A stretch of 64,000 nt of DNA from Mobula hypostoma (GCF_963921235.1 NC_086098.1:240064001-240128000), one strand, 5' to 3'. Counted from the first letter of the stretch, positions 1-12,809 are shown. Numbers and translations: made by a program. Notes: generated by a model from the letters alone, not told the origin.

Positions 1-56
1 GAGAGTGACTTGTGCAAATACTTAGTTTAAACTGAGAAAGAGCTGCACAGCATCAA

Positions 57-278
57 GCAACATACATCAAAGTTGCTGGTGAACGCAGCAGGCCAAGCAG
101 CATCAATAGGAAGAGGTGCAGTCGACGTTTCAGGCCGAGACCCTACGTCAGGACGAAGGGTCTCGGCCTGAAACGTCGACTGCACCTCTTCCTATAGATG
201 CTGCTTGGCCTGCTGCGTTCACCAGCAACTTTGATGTATGTTGCTTGAATTTCCAGCATCTGCAGAATTCCTGTTGTT
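57..278. mobile_element. Fold-back Penelope-derived short element
   Basis: 97-bp inverted arms (53-149 and 152-248, 2 mismatches, 2-nt loop). Flanking direct repeat TGCACAGCATCAA at 44-56 and 279-291. Same family as 3717-4185. Confidence 0.8.
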
Positions 279-317
279 TGCACAGCATCAACCTCACTCA
301 CTTGTCTGAGACCATCT

Positions 318-1040
318 GATTGTAGACTCCAAGAGAGGGAAACCGGAGGTCTATGAGCCAGTAATCATAGGAGGATTAGAGGTGGTAAGTAAATTTGAAC
401 TCCAAGGTGTCACTATCTCAGAGCACCTGTCCTGGACCCATCATATTAGTGTAATTGCAAAGAAAGCACAACAGCACCTCTACTTCCTCAGGAGTCTGCG
501 GAGATTCAGCATGTCAACATAAACCTTGGCAAACTTCTATAGACATTTGGTGGAAAGTGTGCTGACTGGCTGCATTACAGCCTAGTATGGAATCACCAAT
601 GCCTTTTGAGTGGAAAATCCTACAAAAAGTAGTGGATTCAGCCCAGTACGTCATGAGTAAAGCCCTCCCAACCATTGAGGACATCTACATGAAATGTTGC
701 TGTAAAAAAGCAGCATCCATCATCAAAATTCCTCACCACCCAGGCCACACTCTTTCTTACTGCTGCTTCAAGTAGAACATACAGGTGCCTCAGGAATCGC
801 ACTACCAGGTTCAAGAACTGTTACCACTGCTCAACCATCAGGCTCTTGAACAAAAGGGGATAACCACACTCATTTAAAGATTCTTTTATCTTGTTATTTG
901 ATGCTCGTTATTTATTGTCATTTATTCATATCTGCATTTTCAAATTGTTGTCCATTGATTCTGTTTACAGTTACCGTTCTACAGATTTGCTAAGTATGCC
1001 TGTAGAAAAAGAATTGCAGGGTTGTACGTGGTGACATGTA
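318..1040 (+). mobile_element. Rex1/Babar-like LINE 3' fragment (decayed RT C-terminus and 3' UTR)
   Basis: LIVD..., GVTISEHLSW...AKKAQQHLYFLRSLRRF motifs. Close paralogue of 20185-21010. (ACTTTGA)-type tail. Confidence 0.8.
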
Positions 1041-1094
1041 TATACTCAAACTTTGAACTGTATCCGGTGGTAAGACAGAATCAAGACAGCTGCA

Positions 1095-1444
1095 GAGAGA
1101 GTCAGATGCAGTGGATGATCATGACATCCTTAATGCCATGACATCTATCATGCTCTAAGCACTCCACAGTTTCTTGGTGGGTCCGCCATTGAGCCACACT
1201 AGTGGGTTCCTCCACACAGTCTTTGCCAGCTTGGGTAGGCAAGCCCAAACTCACCGAGGGTTTAAGACCCATTGATTACCCTCACCTGGTTTAGCCTGAT
1301 CATCGAAGCACTGTTGCTAGTAAACAGCTGCTTGGAGTCACAGATGTGAGCTAAGTGCCAAGTGGGGACTGGACCATTGGTGGTCGAACTTCTCCCAAGG
1401 GGGCATCAGAAGTGCTACTCTTCCCTGACACCTCATACGGACCT
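1095..1444 (-). mobile_element. Old decayed copy of the RTE-type non-autonomous retroposon at 38328/42090
   Basis: Minus strand reads GTCCCCACTTGGCACTTAGCTC...GGCTAAACCAGGTGAGGGTAA, colinear with the full copies but with internal deletions. Confidence 0.7.
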
Positions 1445-1519
1445 TGATGTACTTATATATGGAATGTTCTGCCCAGATGTGGCACTGTCTTCTCACCACC
1501 ATTCTAGCATGCAGAGGTC

Positions 1520-1870
1520 CCACTCACTGCACAGCTCCCTTCTCACTGCCGCTCTTACAACATGGTGACCTCTCCTCACTGTCCCTCTCACAGTGCTGAG
1601 CTCCCTCCCTCTTCACAGTACCTCCCTCCATCCTCACCGCAACTCCTACAGCCCAGCGCTCCATCTTCACCACCTCTCCCACAACACAGCACACCCTCCT
1701 TACCACAACTCCCACAATGCAGATATCCCTCCTCACTGCCCCTGCCACAGCATGGCATCCCTCCTCACTTCCCCTCATGCTGTGCGGTGGTTCCTCCTCA
1801 CAGCCCTCCCACAGTGCTGAGCTCCCTCCTCACAGTGTAGGCACTCTCTCAGCTCTACACTGAACTGCCC
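1520..1870. repeat. Degenerate ~33-bp C-rich tandem repeat
   Basis: Recurrent CACAGTGCTGAGCTCCCTCCTCAC-like units, related to the 31170-33520 array. Confidence 0.65.
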
Positions 1871-2579
1871 AGATTTGACCACGTCTTCCAGATTGGAACA
1901 AGATCCCTTGAGCAGGTGTCCTTATAGGTAAGGGCATGTACCAACAAGCCCAAGAGGAGACTTGGTCATTTTCTACAGTATTCTCAGCTGCAGGCTAGTT
2001 GAATGCACACTTCAAACTAAACCATAAACACCCATAACTAAAGATACCTTAGAGTTTACTAGGACAGCTGGCAAATTAAACAGAGATACCAAGGACTGAG
2101 ACTGCGGGCAGACCTGTAGCTTATTTGGGTCAACTGTTATCTGATATTATGGAAAACCTCTGAGTCTGAACCACCACCCAACAGTGACCTGTCTTCCCGC
2201 AATGTTATGCTACCCCGCACCTGAGTTTCACTGGGTTTCCTTTGCATTATATTGAGAAGGTTAATTTCAGCCCTGCGGTGCTGAGGGATCACCTTGCTGC
2301 GGCAGGACTGGCCACTATGAATATCACAGATTCGGAGGTCTCAATCCTCCCCTCTGAGAAATAAATGTTCATGTTCTCCTCACTGGTCTTAAGGGATGTG
2401 GGGACCTCATAGGAATGGTTTATGTAAGAACGCACCGTACATTACTCTGACCCTGGACTTACAAGCAGGGACCCCTTTGGTACATCCTGAGGCCCACACA
2501 TGATGCAGGAGGAGCAGCTAACACAACTGTTACCCCACACAGCAAGGAAAATCTGTGGGTGTTGGACTGTGGATTACGA

Positions 2580-2900
2580 TGAGAGGGGAGGAGAGAAAGA
2601 GGGGGGTGAGAGAGAGAGAGTGGGGGGGACGAGAGAGGGGGGAGAGAGAGAGGCAGGTGAGAGACAGGGGGGACAGAGGGGGGAGACAGGGGGAGAGGGA
2701 GGGGGGGTGAGAGCGAGGGTGTAAGGGGAAGAGAATGAGAGTAAGAGAGAGAGAAAACGAATGAAAAAGAAAGTGAGAGAAAGAGAATGAGGGAGACAGA
2801 GAGAGTGAGAGGGAGAAAGTGCAACTGAAAATGAAAGGTAGAAAATTAATCTAAATGAGATGAGAGGAAAAAAGAGTAAGATAGAGGGAGAGAGTGATCG
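2580..2900. repeat. Polypurine (GA-rich) low-complexity tract; a second tract at ~3350-3690
   Basis: Almost pure G/A runs. Source of the S/L/P- and G/E/R-rich spurious ORFs. Confidence 0.9.
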
Positions 2901-3716
2901 AGAACCAGAGGCAGTGAGAACCTTGGACAGGTGGAGATGGAACGGATCATCAGACAAGAGCACGGTGCACAAGTTGTGGTTCCAGACTGCATCTGCGGGC
3001 TGCTCTCAGTGCTTTTCAGATGACCACACAATGGAAACACGGTGCAACCTGGCCACAGTGGGATGGAAAACCAAGACTTTTGCAACCGAGGCCAAGAGCT
3101 GAGTACAAGGGAAAATCTATCAGCCACGCTGCTGTGTGACCTAGTTAATGAGCGTCTGTTAGTCAGCATTTTGCCTTCACAAGGAGGGTTAGCTGGGGAC
3201 AGGCAGTTAACTCATTGGAACCCACACAAACTGGGAGCCTGAGCACTGGCTGTGCACTGGGCCTCCAATAATGGACTGTTGGGTTTAGGAATAAATCTGT
3301 GTGGGCTGTGGTGCCAAAGCCAACAGAAAGTCAAGGCTGTCTGATAGGAGTATTGAGACAGGGAGAGAATGGGAGAGGAAAGGGACAAGAAGGAAAGGAG
3401 AGCAAAAAATTAAATAGAGGGAGAGAGGACAGCTCAGAGAGGGAGAAGGAGAGAGTGAGAGACAGAGGATAGGAGAGAGAAAGGGGGATGGGGAGAGAGA
3501 GAGAGTGAGAGGGGATAGGATACGGGGGGATAGGAGAGAGAGGAGGATGAGAGAGAGCGAGGGGGTAGGAGAGAGAGGAGATAGGGAGAGAGAGAGATGG
3601 AATAGAAGAGAAGAGGCACAAAGGGGCAGAGGAGAGGGAGAGAAAAGAAGAATGAGGGGACAGATGACAGACAGAATGAGGAGCGAGAGGCTAGAACCTT
3701 TGACAGGTTATTAAGA

Positions 3717-4185
3717 TTCAAAAACACGAGGAATTCTGCAGATGCTGGAAATTCAAGCAACACACATCAAAGTTGCTGGTGAATGCAGCAGGCCAGGCAG
3801 CATCTCTAGGAAGAGATACAGTCGACGTTTCGGGCCGAGACCCTTCGTCAGGACTAACTGAAGGAAGAGTTAGTAAGAGATTTGAAAGTGGGAGGGGGAG
3901 GGGGAGATCCAAAATGATAGGGGAAGACAGGAGGGGGAGGGATGGAGCCAAGAGCTGGACAGGTGATAGGCAAAGGGGATATGAGAGGATCATGGGACAG
4001 GAGGTCCGGGGAGAAGGAAAGGGGGGGGGAACCCAGAGGATGGACAAGGGGTATAGTGAGAGGGACAGAGGGAGAAAAAGGAGAGAGAGAGAGAAAGAAT
4101 GTGTGTATATAAATAACGTATGGGGTACGAGGGGCAGGTGGGGCATTAGCGGAAGTTAGAGAAGTCAATGTTCATGCCATCAGGA
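3717..4185 (-). mobile_element. Penelope-like element 3' end/pLTR with minimal hammerhead motif
   Basis: Minus strand: CCTGATGGCATGAACATTGACTTCTCTAACTTC (PDGMNIDFSNF, PLE C-terminus), pyrimidine tract, CTGACGAAGGGTCTCGGCCCGAAACGTCGAC, ...TTGAATTTCCAGCATCTGCAG. Confidence 0.8.
3820..3855 (-). ncRNA. Minimal type I hammerhead ribozyme motif (PLE-associated)
   Basis: AGUC-CUGACGA-AGGGUCUCGGCCC-GAAAC-GUC^-GACU. Core boxes intact, stem I AGUC/GACU, stem II GGG/CCC, palindromic ACGU for intermolecular stem III. Confidence 0.6.
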
Positions 4186-6544
4186 TAAGATTCAAGTTTA
4201 TTTATCACTGGTATATCAAAACATATAGTGAAATGCCTAGTTTGCATGAATGACCAACACAACTTCAGGATGTTCTGTAGACAGCTGACAAGTGTCGCCA
4301 CACATTCTGGCACCAATATATCCTGTCCACAATGCTCAGCAGAATAACACAGAACACAACAAGCAACAAAACAACGACGATAAAACAAGCCTCTGCCTCC
4401 CTCCCACCAACACACATAGTCCTCTAATTCCAAGGCAGTCCATATTCTTTGGCCTCGAGACTTCAGCCGCAGATTTGGATGCGGGCATGCGGCTTTTAAC
4501 TACCTCAGAAAACTTGCAGAGATTTGCAGAGCTAGCTCTCCAGCCAGCAACAATCTTCGACTTGCAGACTTTTGATTCGAGCCTCGGCATCAAGCAAAGG
4601 ACTCACTGATCACCGAACACTAGGCATCAAACATAAAGTCATAAAACAAGGAAACAGGCCCTTTGGCCCCACTGGTACATGCTGAGCAAAATGTCCATCC
4701 AAGCTAGTCCCATTTTCCCATATTTGGCTCTAAACTTTTCCTGCCCTCATACCTGCCCAAATGTCTTTCAAAAGTTGTTATTGTACCAGCTTCAACTATT
4801 TCCTCTGGCAGCTTCCTCCATACACCTACCACCCTCTGTGTAAAAAGCCTGTCCTTCAAATCACTCATCAATTTGTTTTGTTCTGTATTTGCAAAACCAG
4901 TTGTCTTTTGCACATTGGTTGTTTGTCCATCCTTTAGGGTGCGGTCCTTCATTGATTCTGTTGTGCTACTTGGACTTACTGTATGACGTGTGTATTTTGA
5001 AAAGAAACTTACTCTGAACTCTGAACTTTGAACATCATTCATGAACCACAACTAGAGGGAGAGAATTAGTTTCCCTCTAAGTCTTGACCACTTCATGTCA
5101 GTGTGGTTTTGGTTAGATGAGTGGTCAGGAGCAGGAGGTGGAGACTATTCTCTCCAGAGACTGCAGTTGGGTGTGAAATTAATTTCCCAAGCAGTCAAAG
5201 CCACTTGTCAGAACACATCACCACCAGAACTTTCAGACAAGCACAGGATATCGTATTTTTACATTTTAGGTAAGAGGGATTGAGTTTCAGACCTTATTTC
5301 TGAGATCTTGCTTGTCCAGTGGTGAGAAAGGCCCTCTCCATTGGTTCCTTTTTGCATGGCTAGCGTCTCAGCATCACCTCATGCTGCCTCTAAGGTAGTG
5401 TGTTGGGGATACATTCTCCCTTTCCTGTTAGGAAAGCACATCTGCCCAAGAGGCGCCGTGGTCTCCGTCAAGCTTACTTCCTAATGTAGTCAGCATCACT
5501 ACCTTCAGGAAGGGGGCCCAGAAGCCTAAGGATGCACAATCAATGTTTTAGGAACAGTTTCTTCCCTCTGCCATCAGATTCCTGAATGGTCCATGAACCC
5601 ATGAACACTCTTTTTGCATTTTATATAATGTATTACACTGTTGTGCTGCTGCAAAATAACAAATTTCATGTGACAGGTGGAACAGTACAACACAGTACAG
5701 ACCCTTCAGCCCACAATGTTGTGCCAACCTTTTAACTTACTCATACATCAATCTCTCCCTTCCCTCCCCCATAGCCTTTCACTTTCCTTTCATCTTTGTG
5801 CCTATCTGCTTCTACCAGCACTCCTGATAGGGCGTTCTACACATCTACCACTTTATGTTAAGAATTTACCTCTTACATCCCCCTATACTTTCCTGCTATC
5901 ACCTTAAAATTATGCCCTTTTCATTAGCCATTTCTGCCCTGGGAAAATGTCTCTGGCTATCCACGTTAACCATGCTTCTGATCATATTGTACACCTCTAT
6001 CAAATCACCTTGCACCGTCCTGCACTCGAGAGAGAAAAGCCCAGCACGCTCAACCTATCTTCATAAGACGTTCTCATCCTGACAAATCTCCTCCGCACTC
6101 TCTCAGTGATACGTCAGTGATAATAAACCTGATTCTGATTCCCCCAAACAGCTGCATGACGTGGACTCTAGTCTCCAGCAGCAAAGGCAAACACTGACTG
6201 CCCACTGGCAGATCACCAGCTTAGGAAGAGATGCACTATTACGTTGCCCCAGAAGCAGGGGCAGGGAACTCACCAGCCTGATGCAGTTCAGTCTCCAAGA
6301 TTCAGTGCTGAAGCTCGGAGCAGCCTCTTGTGAAGACCGTTATGGAGGAAAGGCTGGGGTGTACGGCCAACTTGCGCACAGAGGAGCAGGAACTCATGCA
6401 AAACCCCTCATGTATCACTTATGGAATATATACAAAAAGACAACCAACATCATGCTGATGCACTGTAAATCTTGAAAGCAAATGTAATGTATTGTGTCCC
6501 AAACTTTGAGGTGTGAAAGCACTGCAATGTATAGTTAATGAATA

Positions 6545-6890
6545 AGAAAGCTTGTCTCAAGAACAAAGGTACCATTAATGACAACTAACAAAAGGAATGT
6601 GGTGTACAGGATCACCTGTGGAGACTGAAACAAGAACTATGTAGGCCGGACAAGACGTAAACTCTCAATTCATTTATGGGAACACAAACTTGGTGTTACA
6701 GAGACATGATCCATTGTCACTGACATGAAGACCAAGAAAGACACCATTTTGACTTTGGACACCAAGAGTTCTGGTGCAGGCAAACACGAGGCAGGCACGA
6801 GAATTTTTAGGAGCATGGCTCCCTTCTGATAACTCCCTAAACAAACATATCGAAATAGATGCCAACTACGAACCCCTAAGAGCCAAAGAA
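6545..6890 (+). mobile_element. Penelope-like element GIY-YIG endonuclease remnant
   Basis: NVVYRITCGD*NKNYVGRTRRKLSIHLWEHK ... QANTRQAREFLGAW...NSLNKHIEIDANYEPLR, with stops and frameshifts. Confidence 0.8.
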
Positions 6891-7624
6891 ATGTGTGTCA
6901 ATGGATTCCTTACAGATAATGTCAGAATTGAACTCTGTTGCCCTGAGCTGCAATAGCATCATACTGCTACCAGTTCACATAACCTAATGCTGCAACATAC
7001 ATTGCCAATACAGCATACAACACAAAAAAGGGCCTTTTGGCTCATAGAGTCCATGCCAACCACTGACCACTAACCTTATTCTTTTTATTCTCTCCACACT
7101 CCCATCAACTCCCCCTAGATTCTACGCCTCACACCCACACACTGTGGTCAACTTACAACAGTCAATTAATCCACCAAACTGTACGTTGCTGCCATGTGGG
7201 AGGAAATGGGGGCGGGGGGGTAAGAGGGGGAAACCCAGACAGTCACAGGTATGTGTGAACTACACACACACACACACACACACAGAGGGTGGAGGATAAG
7301 GATAAGATCAAATCTGAACCTTTGGGCGAGTTCACCCTGGTATCCTGAAGCCAAAGTTCACCACCCTTGGGGTTCGTTGCTACAACTGAATGGGTCTCCT
7401 CAGCGGGCTAGGAATCAACCAAATTGTGGGTCTAATGTCCAAAAGACAAAAGATGAGAGTGGGGTGAGGGGGAAATTTCATTCCAGGACAATGTGCAAAG
7501 CTTCACAAGCATTGATGGGATGATAGGGCAGACTGCTTGCTCAGTAGAGCGACAATAGTGCCTTTTAGACCACTGTGCAGATGTTGTTGGGGGGTCACCA
7601 GAGCATGCTTGGAGTAGGGGAATT

Positions 7625-8480
7625 TGAAGGATGAGTTCATAAAGATTTATAAAGTTACAAGGGGCATAGATAAGGTGAACGGTCATAGTCTTTTCACTTC
7701 GGTAGGGGAGTCCAAAACTAGAGGACATAGGTTTAATTTTTCCACAACAAGGGTGGTGAGCTCTGAGGCTATATAAGGCATTGGTCAGACCGCATTTGAA
7801 GTATTGTGATCAGTTTTGGGGCCCATTCGCAAAGAAAGGACACGCTGGTATTAGTGTGGCGCCAGAGGTGGTTTACAAGAATTATCCCAGGGAGAAAAGA
7901 GTTAATGTATGATGGCCTTCAACATATACTCACTGGAGTTATAAGAATATAAGGAGGTCATCTCATTAAAGCCTACTGAATAATGAAGGCCTAGAAAGAG
8001 TGGAGGTGAAGAGGAGATTTCCAATATTGAGAGAGTCTAGCACCAGAGGGTACAGCCTCAGAATAGAGGGATGTCCATTTAGAACTGAGATGAGGAGGAA
8101 CTCCTTTAGCCGGAGAGTGGTGAATTTGTGAAATTCATTGCCACAGATGGGTTGTAGAAGTCAAATCAATGGAAATAAAGCAAAGGTTGATAGATAATTG
8201 GTAAGGACTTCAAAGGTTAGAGGAGAAGGCAGGAGAATGGGGTTGAAAAGGAAACTAGATCAGCCATGATCAAATGGTGGAGAAAACTTTATAGGCAGAA
8301 TGGCCTAATTCTTCACCTGTTTTAAGGTCTTAGGCATATATGGAATGAGCTGCCCGAGGAGGTAGTAATGGCGGGTACAATTATAACATTTAAAAATAAT
8401 TTAGACAGGGACATAGCTAGGCAAGGTTTTGAGGGATATTGGACTAATGGGACCAGCCTATGTAAATACCTTGGTCAGCA
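7625..8480 (+). mobile_element. Decayed CR1 LINE 3' fragments
   Basis: LYKALVRPHLKYCDQFW, RESSTRGYSLRI motifs and CR1 3' UTR. Confidence 0.8.
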
Positions 8481-8819
8481 CGGATGTCTTGAGCCAAGTG
8501 GCCTGTTTCTGCCAGCTCTGCCCTGCTGGCATATCTACCAATCTTCATTTTTAAAAATTAGAGTCACTGGCCTTCATTTCAAAATAATGTTTCCTTCCAT
8601 TTTTAATTAATTACCACTAGCTTAAAGACTTTTTGAATACCCTTTGATCATCTTAAATTGATTTGAACTCATCGTTTTAAAATGAATCTGGTTCTCACAG
8701 ACATTCAGCTACAGTGAAAGAGGTCACTGACCACTTCAGGATGCACTACGATGTCACCAGTTGCGGTGTGTTCTGCTTGCAACAGAGACAGAGATTGGGC
8801 ATTGTGGTCATTGGGAGCT

Positions 8820-9420
8820 GTGGGTATCAAGGATAATGCTGAGGCTTTATAAAGCATTGATCAGACTGCACTTGGAGTCTGATGTGCAGTTTTGGGTCCC
8901 TTACCTAAGGAAGAATGTGCTGGCATTGGAAATTGTCCAGAGGAGGTTCATGAGAATGATCTCAAGAATAAAAGGGTTAATGTATGAGCAGTGTTTGATA
9001 ACTCTGGGTCTGTACTCACTGGAGTTTAGTAAAATGGAGGGGGGCAACCTCATTGAGACCAATCAAATATTGAAAGGCATAGATATGGACATAGAGAGGA
9101 TGTTTCCAATAGTGAGAGAGTCTAGGACCAGAGGGCACAGCCACAGAATACAAGGACACCTCTTTGGAACAGAGAAGAGGAATAATTTCTTTAGCCAGAA
9201 GGTGATGAATCTGTGGAATTCATTGCCACAGACAGCTATGGAGGCCAAGTCATTGGTATATTTAAAGCGGAGGTTGATAGGTTCTTGATTAGTCAGGGGG
9301 AGGGAGAGAGAGTGTGGTTGAGAGAGATAAAAGTATTGGCAGTGATCAGTGACGGAACGGTGGACTGGATTTGGTGGGCCAAGTGGCCTAATTCTGCTCC
9401 TGTGTCTTATGGTCTTAAAA
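8820..9420 (+). mobile_element. CR1 LINE 3' fragment
   Basis: ORF 8761-9288: LRLYKALIRLHLE..VQFWVPYLRK...ESRTRGH...NLWNSLP, followed by the CR1 3' tail. Confidence 0.85.
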
Positions 9421-10371
9421 CATTAGTGGGATAACGGGAGTTGAGTGAAACCCAGCCCAACATTTCAGTTGGTTGAGGGAATTTATTCCTAGGAAGAGAA
9501 TCCTGGCTCTTGGGATCATGAGAATTATCCTGGCAACAGCTTTGGTGCTTGGTGCCTCTGACTGAGCTGCATTCCCTCAGTATCATCACTAAATTTTTGA
9601 GTTCAAGCCTCTGTAGTGAGGCTGTGTCCCACAAACCACCTGAAGCAGAGGTGAATCACCTTTCCCCCACCTCATTCCAACCCCACGGATGGTATCTGAC
9701 TTCACAGACATTCCACTGGGCTCTTGCCGTGCAGCCGGAGAGCATAGGAGACGGAACTCCTGACGCAGGCTGCCGGTGCATAGCTCCGGAAGGCATCGCG
9801 GGTGGAGCGTAACTTTTTGTTTCTATGGGATGCTGTGAGCGCTATAAACTTCAGATCAAGTACGGTAACTGTACCCAAGGTGACATCAGAGGGACTCTGA
9901 AGGGAAATGGAGAAAAGATTTACCAGAAAGGTTGACAATAAGATGTTGACATCAGTGATTTATAGAGAGGAAACTGTTTTTCCATTTACTAATCACACAG
10001 CTTTGACCTTTAAAGAGCTTCTTGTCTGACGGTGCAGGGGATATAAGAAATGAATTATCACATAAGCAGAGCCTGACCACTCAGCTACACAAATTACCGT
10101 AACTCAGGGTAAACGCCCCTTTCCTTCCGATACCATGACCCTGTCCATCTTCCGTAAGGTGACCCCTCTGCAGACCGCTATGTACTTCCTGAATGGTTTG
10201 CCTTGCGGGGGCTGCCCAGGACTCAGGGAATGAATTGGAGGTGCACAGTGGATACCATTCTGGTCACTGTGCCCCTGTGTCTTCAGATTTTTTAAAGATT
10301 TGATTTCACATTGGTGCCTCAGGTAGTGCTTCTGCCTCACAGCTCCTGAGACCGGCTTCCGTCTTGTATGT

Positions 10372-10375
<4 letters not shown>

Positions 10376-10412
<37 letters not shown>

Positions 10413-10415
10413 CGC
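10376..10415. repeat. (TG)n(CG)n microsatellite
   Basis: Alternating purine-pyrimidine run. Other (CA)/(TG) runs at ~7262-7283 and ~41087-41105. Confidence 0.95.
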
Positions 10416-11899
10416 AGCCTGTGGGTCCTCTCCGTAACTGCATGGGGTTCCTCTCACACAACCCAGCCATATAATGTTAAGTATAGTGGCCTCTGGTGTT
10501 CTGAGGTGGCAAAAGGACCAAAGGGGTACTGACAGGAACATGGGGCTTCAGGGGATACAGAGGATAGGGACTGCTTTGCCACCTAGGCCAGATAGTTTAT
10601 GTCATAATATGGACATTGTGTAGGCAGAGGGGATTAGTTAGGTTGACCATTTGATTACTAATTTGATTGGATCAGCCCAACATTGTGGGCCAAATGACCT
10701 CTTCCTGAGCTGTACTGTTCTATTTATTTATTTTATTTAGAGATACGGCACAGAAAAGGTCCCTCTGGCCCTTCGAGCCATGCCCACCCAGCACGCCTGA
10801 CCACCTCAATGTAACCCTAATCTAATCACAGGACAATTTACAATAACCAATTAACCTACCCGCTACAGCTTTGGACTGTGAAAGGGAACTGGAACACCTG
10901 GATAAAACCCACAGATTCCACAGGGAGCAGTGCAGACTCCTTACAGATGACCATAAGACCTGTTCTATGTTCTATAATTGTATAGCATAGAAACAGGCCC
11001 TTCAGCCCTCTGTGTACTTACTGACAATGTGTCCTAATGTGCTGGCAGATTTAAAACTGGTTTAACTAATTGAAAATAAAATTCCCAGTGTGATGAGAAT
11101 TGAATACAAGACTCAGGATCAATACACTCCCCCATCCCCAAGGCTGTGGAATAACACGCATCCGACAGACAGGTGACACCTTAATAAAAAATCAAGGAGG
11201 ATGTCTCTGGGCTCAACTTATCCACTCCTTACTTCTGAGAGGAATAACCTCTTAACCTCTTCTTCAGCCTCAGCCCTCTCTTCCACAAACCACGTGTGAA
11301 GAGAGCTGGGAATTAAGTTCCTCAGCTCTGCCCTCAAACCCCCCCCCCCCCACTTTGCCTAGGTACTTACCAACAGTAAAACAGCCTGCTATTTCCCTGA
11401 CGTATTTTAAGGGATGCTTTAATTACCAACACTAACACCCACCTTTCCACATCTCTTACTGTAATAGTTCCTGTCTGTTTGTTTTTCGTTGACAATTTTA
11501 AGTACATGTGCAATATATATTACTGGAACAATGTGTTTGCCTCTGAATATTACTTCTATCTGAGATTATGATCTCTTCTACTGGCACATCCTCCCTGCGC
11601 TTGCGATAGCAATCTCCTTGTTCGAATGGTGATTTTTAATTATCTTTTTTTTCTGTTTCGTGCAAACCACGAAACCACAATTTTTCACACATTTAAAAAA
11701 AGAATCTCACTCTCCAACTTGAGATGAGCTACTGCTCTCTGGCGACAAGGGAATAACCAGCGCAGAGCAGGTGAAGAAGCTGTTTTGCCAGCTGAGTGTG
11801 TGAGCTCTGCTGCCAGGGTTATCAAAACTGCCACTTGCCACTCTCTGCCTCCCCACAGACCCACAGCTCTTTGCCTACCAGAGTGCTAATCTCACATCT

Positions 11900-12805
11900 T
11901 ACAATGACAATACAAAGATTTGTACAGATGACTGTATTGCAAACGATACAGAGATTTGTACAGACAACTGTACTGCAAAAGATATAGAGATTTGTACAGA
12001 CAACTGTATCATAGACAATACAAAGATGGCTAAAGACAACTGTATCATGAACGATATGAAGATTGTTACAGATGACTGTATCCAAGATGATACCAAGACT
12101 CTGTGTCATGGATGATACAAAAATTTGTAGATGACTGCATTACAGACAATACCAAGAGCCCTTTGTATAATGGACAATACAAAAATTTGTAGATGATTGT
12201 CACGTACCATACAAAAATTGCTACAGATGGCTGTATTGCAGACAATACAAAGATTGTTACAGATGATTGTATCACATATACAAAGATTGCTAAGACAACT
12301 ATATTACAGACAATATAAAGTGTTACTAACGAATGTATCACAGATAATACAAAGAGTGCTACTGACGACTTTATCACAGGCAATACAGGGTGCTACAGAT
12401 GACTGTATCACAGTTGATACAAAGAGTGCTACAAACGATTGTATCACAGGTGATAAAGTGCTACAGATGACTGTAGCACAGGCAATACAGTGCTGCAGAT
12501 GACTATCACAGCTGATACAAAGAGTGCTACAGACGACTGTATCACAGGCAATACAAAGAGTGCTACAGACCACCTTATCACAGACGATACAAAGAGTGCT
12601 ACAGGTGACTATATCATGGATGATACAAAAATTGTTACAGATGACTGTAACGTAGACGATACAATAATAATTACAGAGGACTGTAATTACTGATGATACA
12701 AAGATTAGTACTGATGTTTGTATCGCAAACAATACAAATATTTGTACAGATGAATGCATGACGGACAATACAAAATTTGTAGAGGGCTATATCTTAGACA
12801 TTATA
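11900..12805. repeat. Degenerate 36-bp minisatellite (~25 units)
   Basis: Unit ~GATACAAAGAGTGCTACAGATGACTGTATCACAGAC. GATTTGTACAGA recurs at 11917, 11953, 11989. 12-aa periodic ORFs (TDDCITGNTKSA). Confidence 0.85.
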
Positions 12806-12809
12806 GAGA

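Noticed and set aside
6333-6348. GAAGACCGTTATGGAG resembling mitochondrial 16S rRNA (NUMT)
   Set aside because: Too short, and the flanks do not match.
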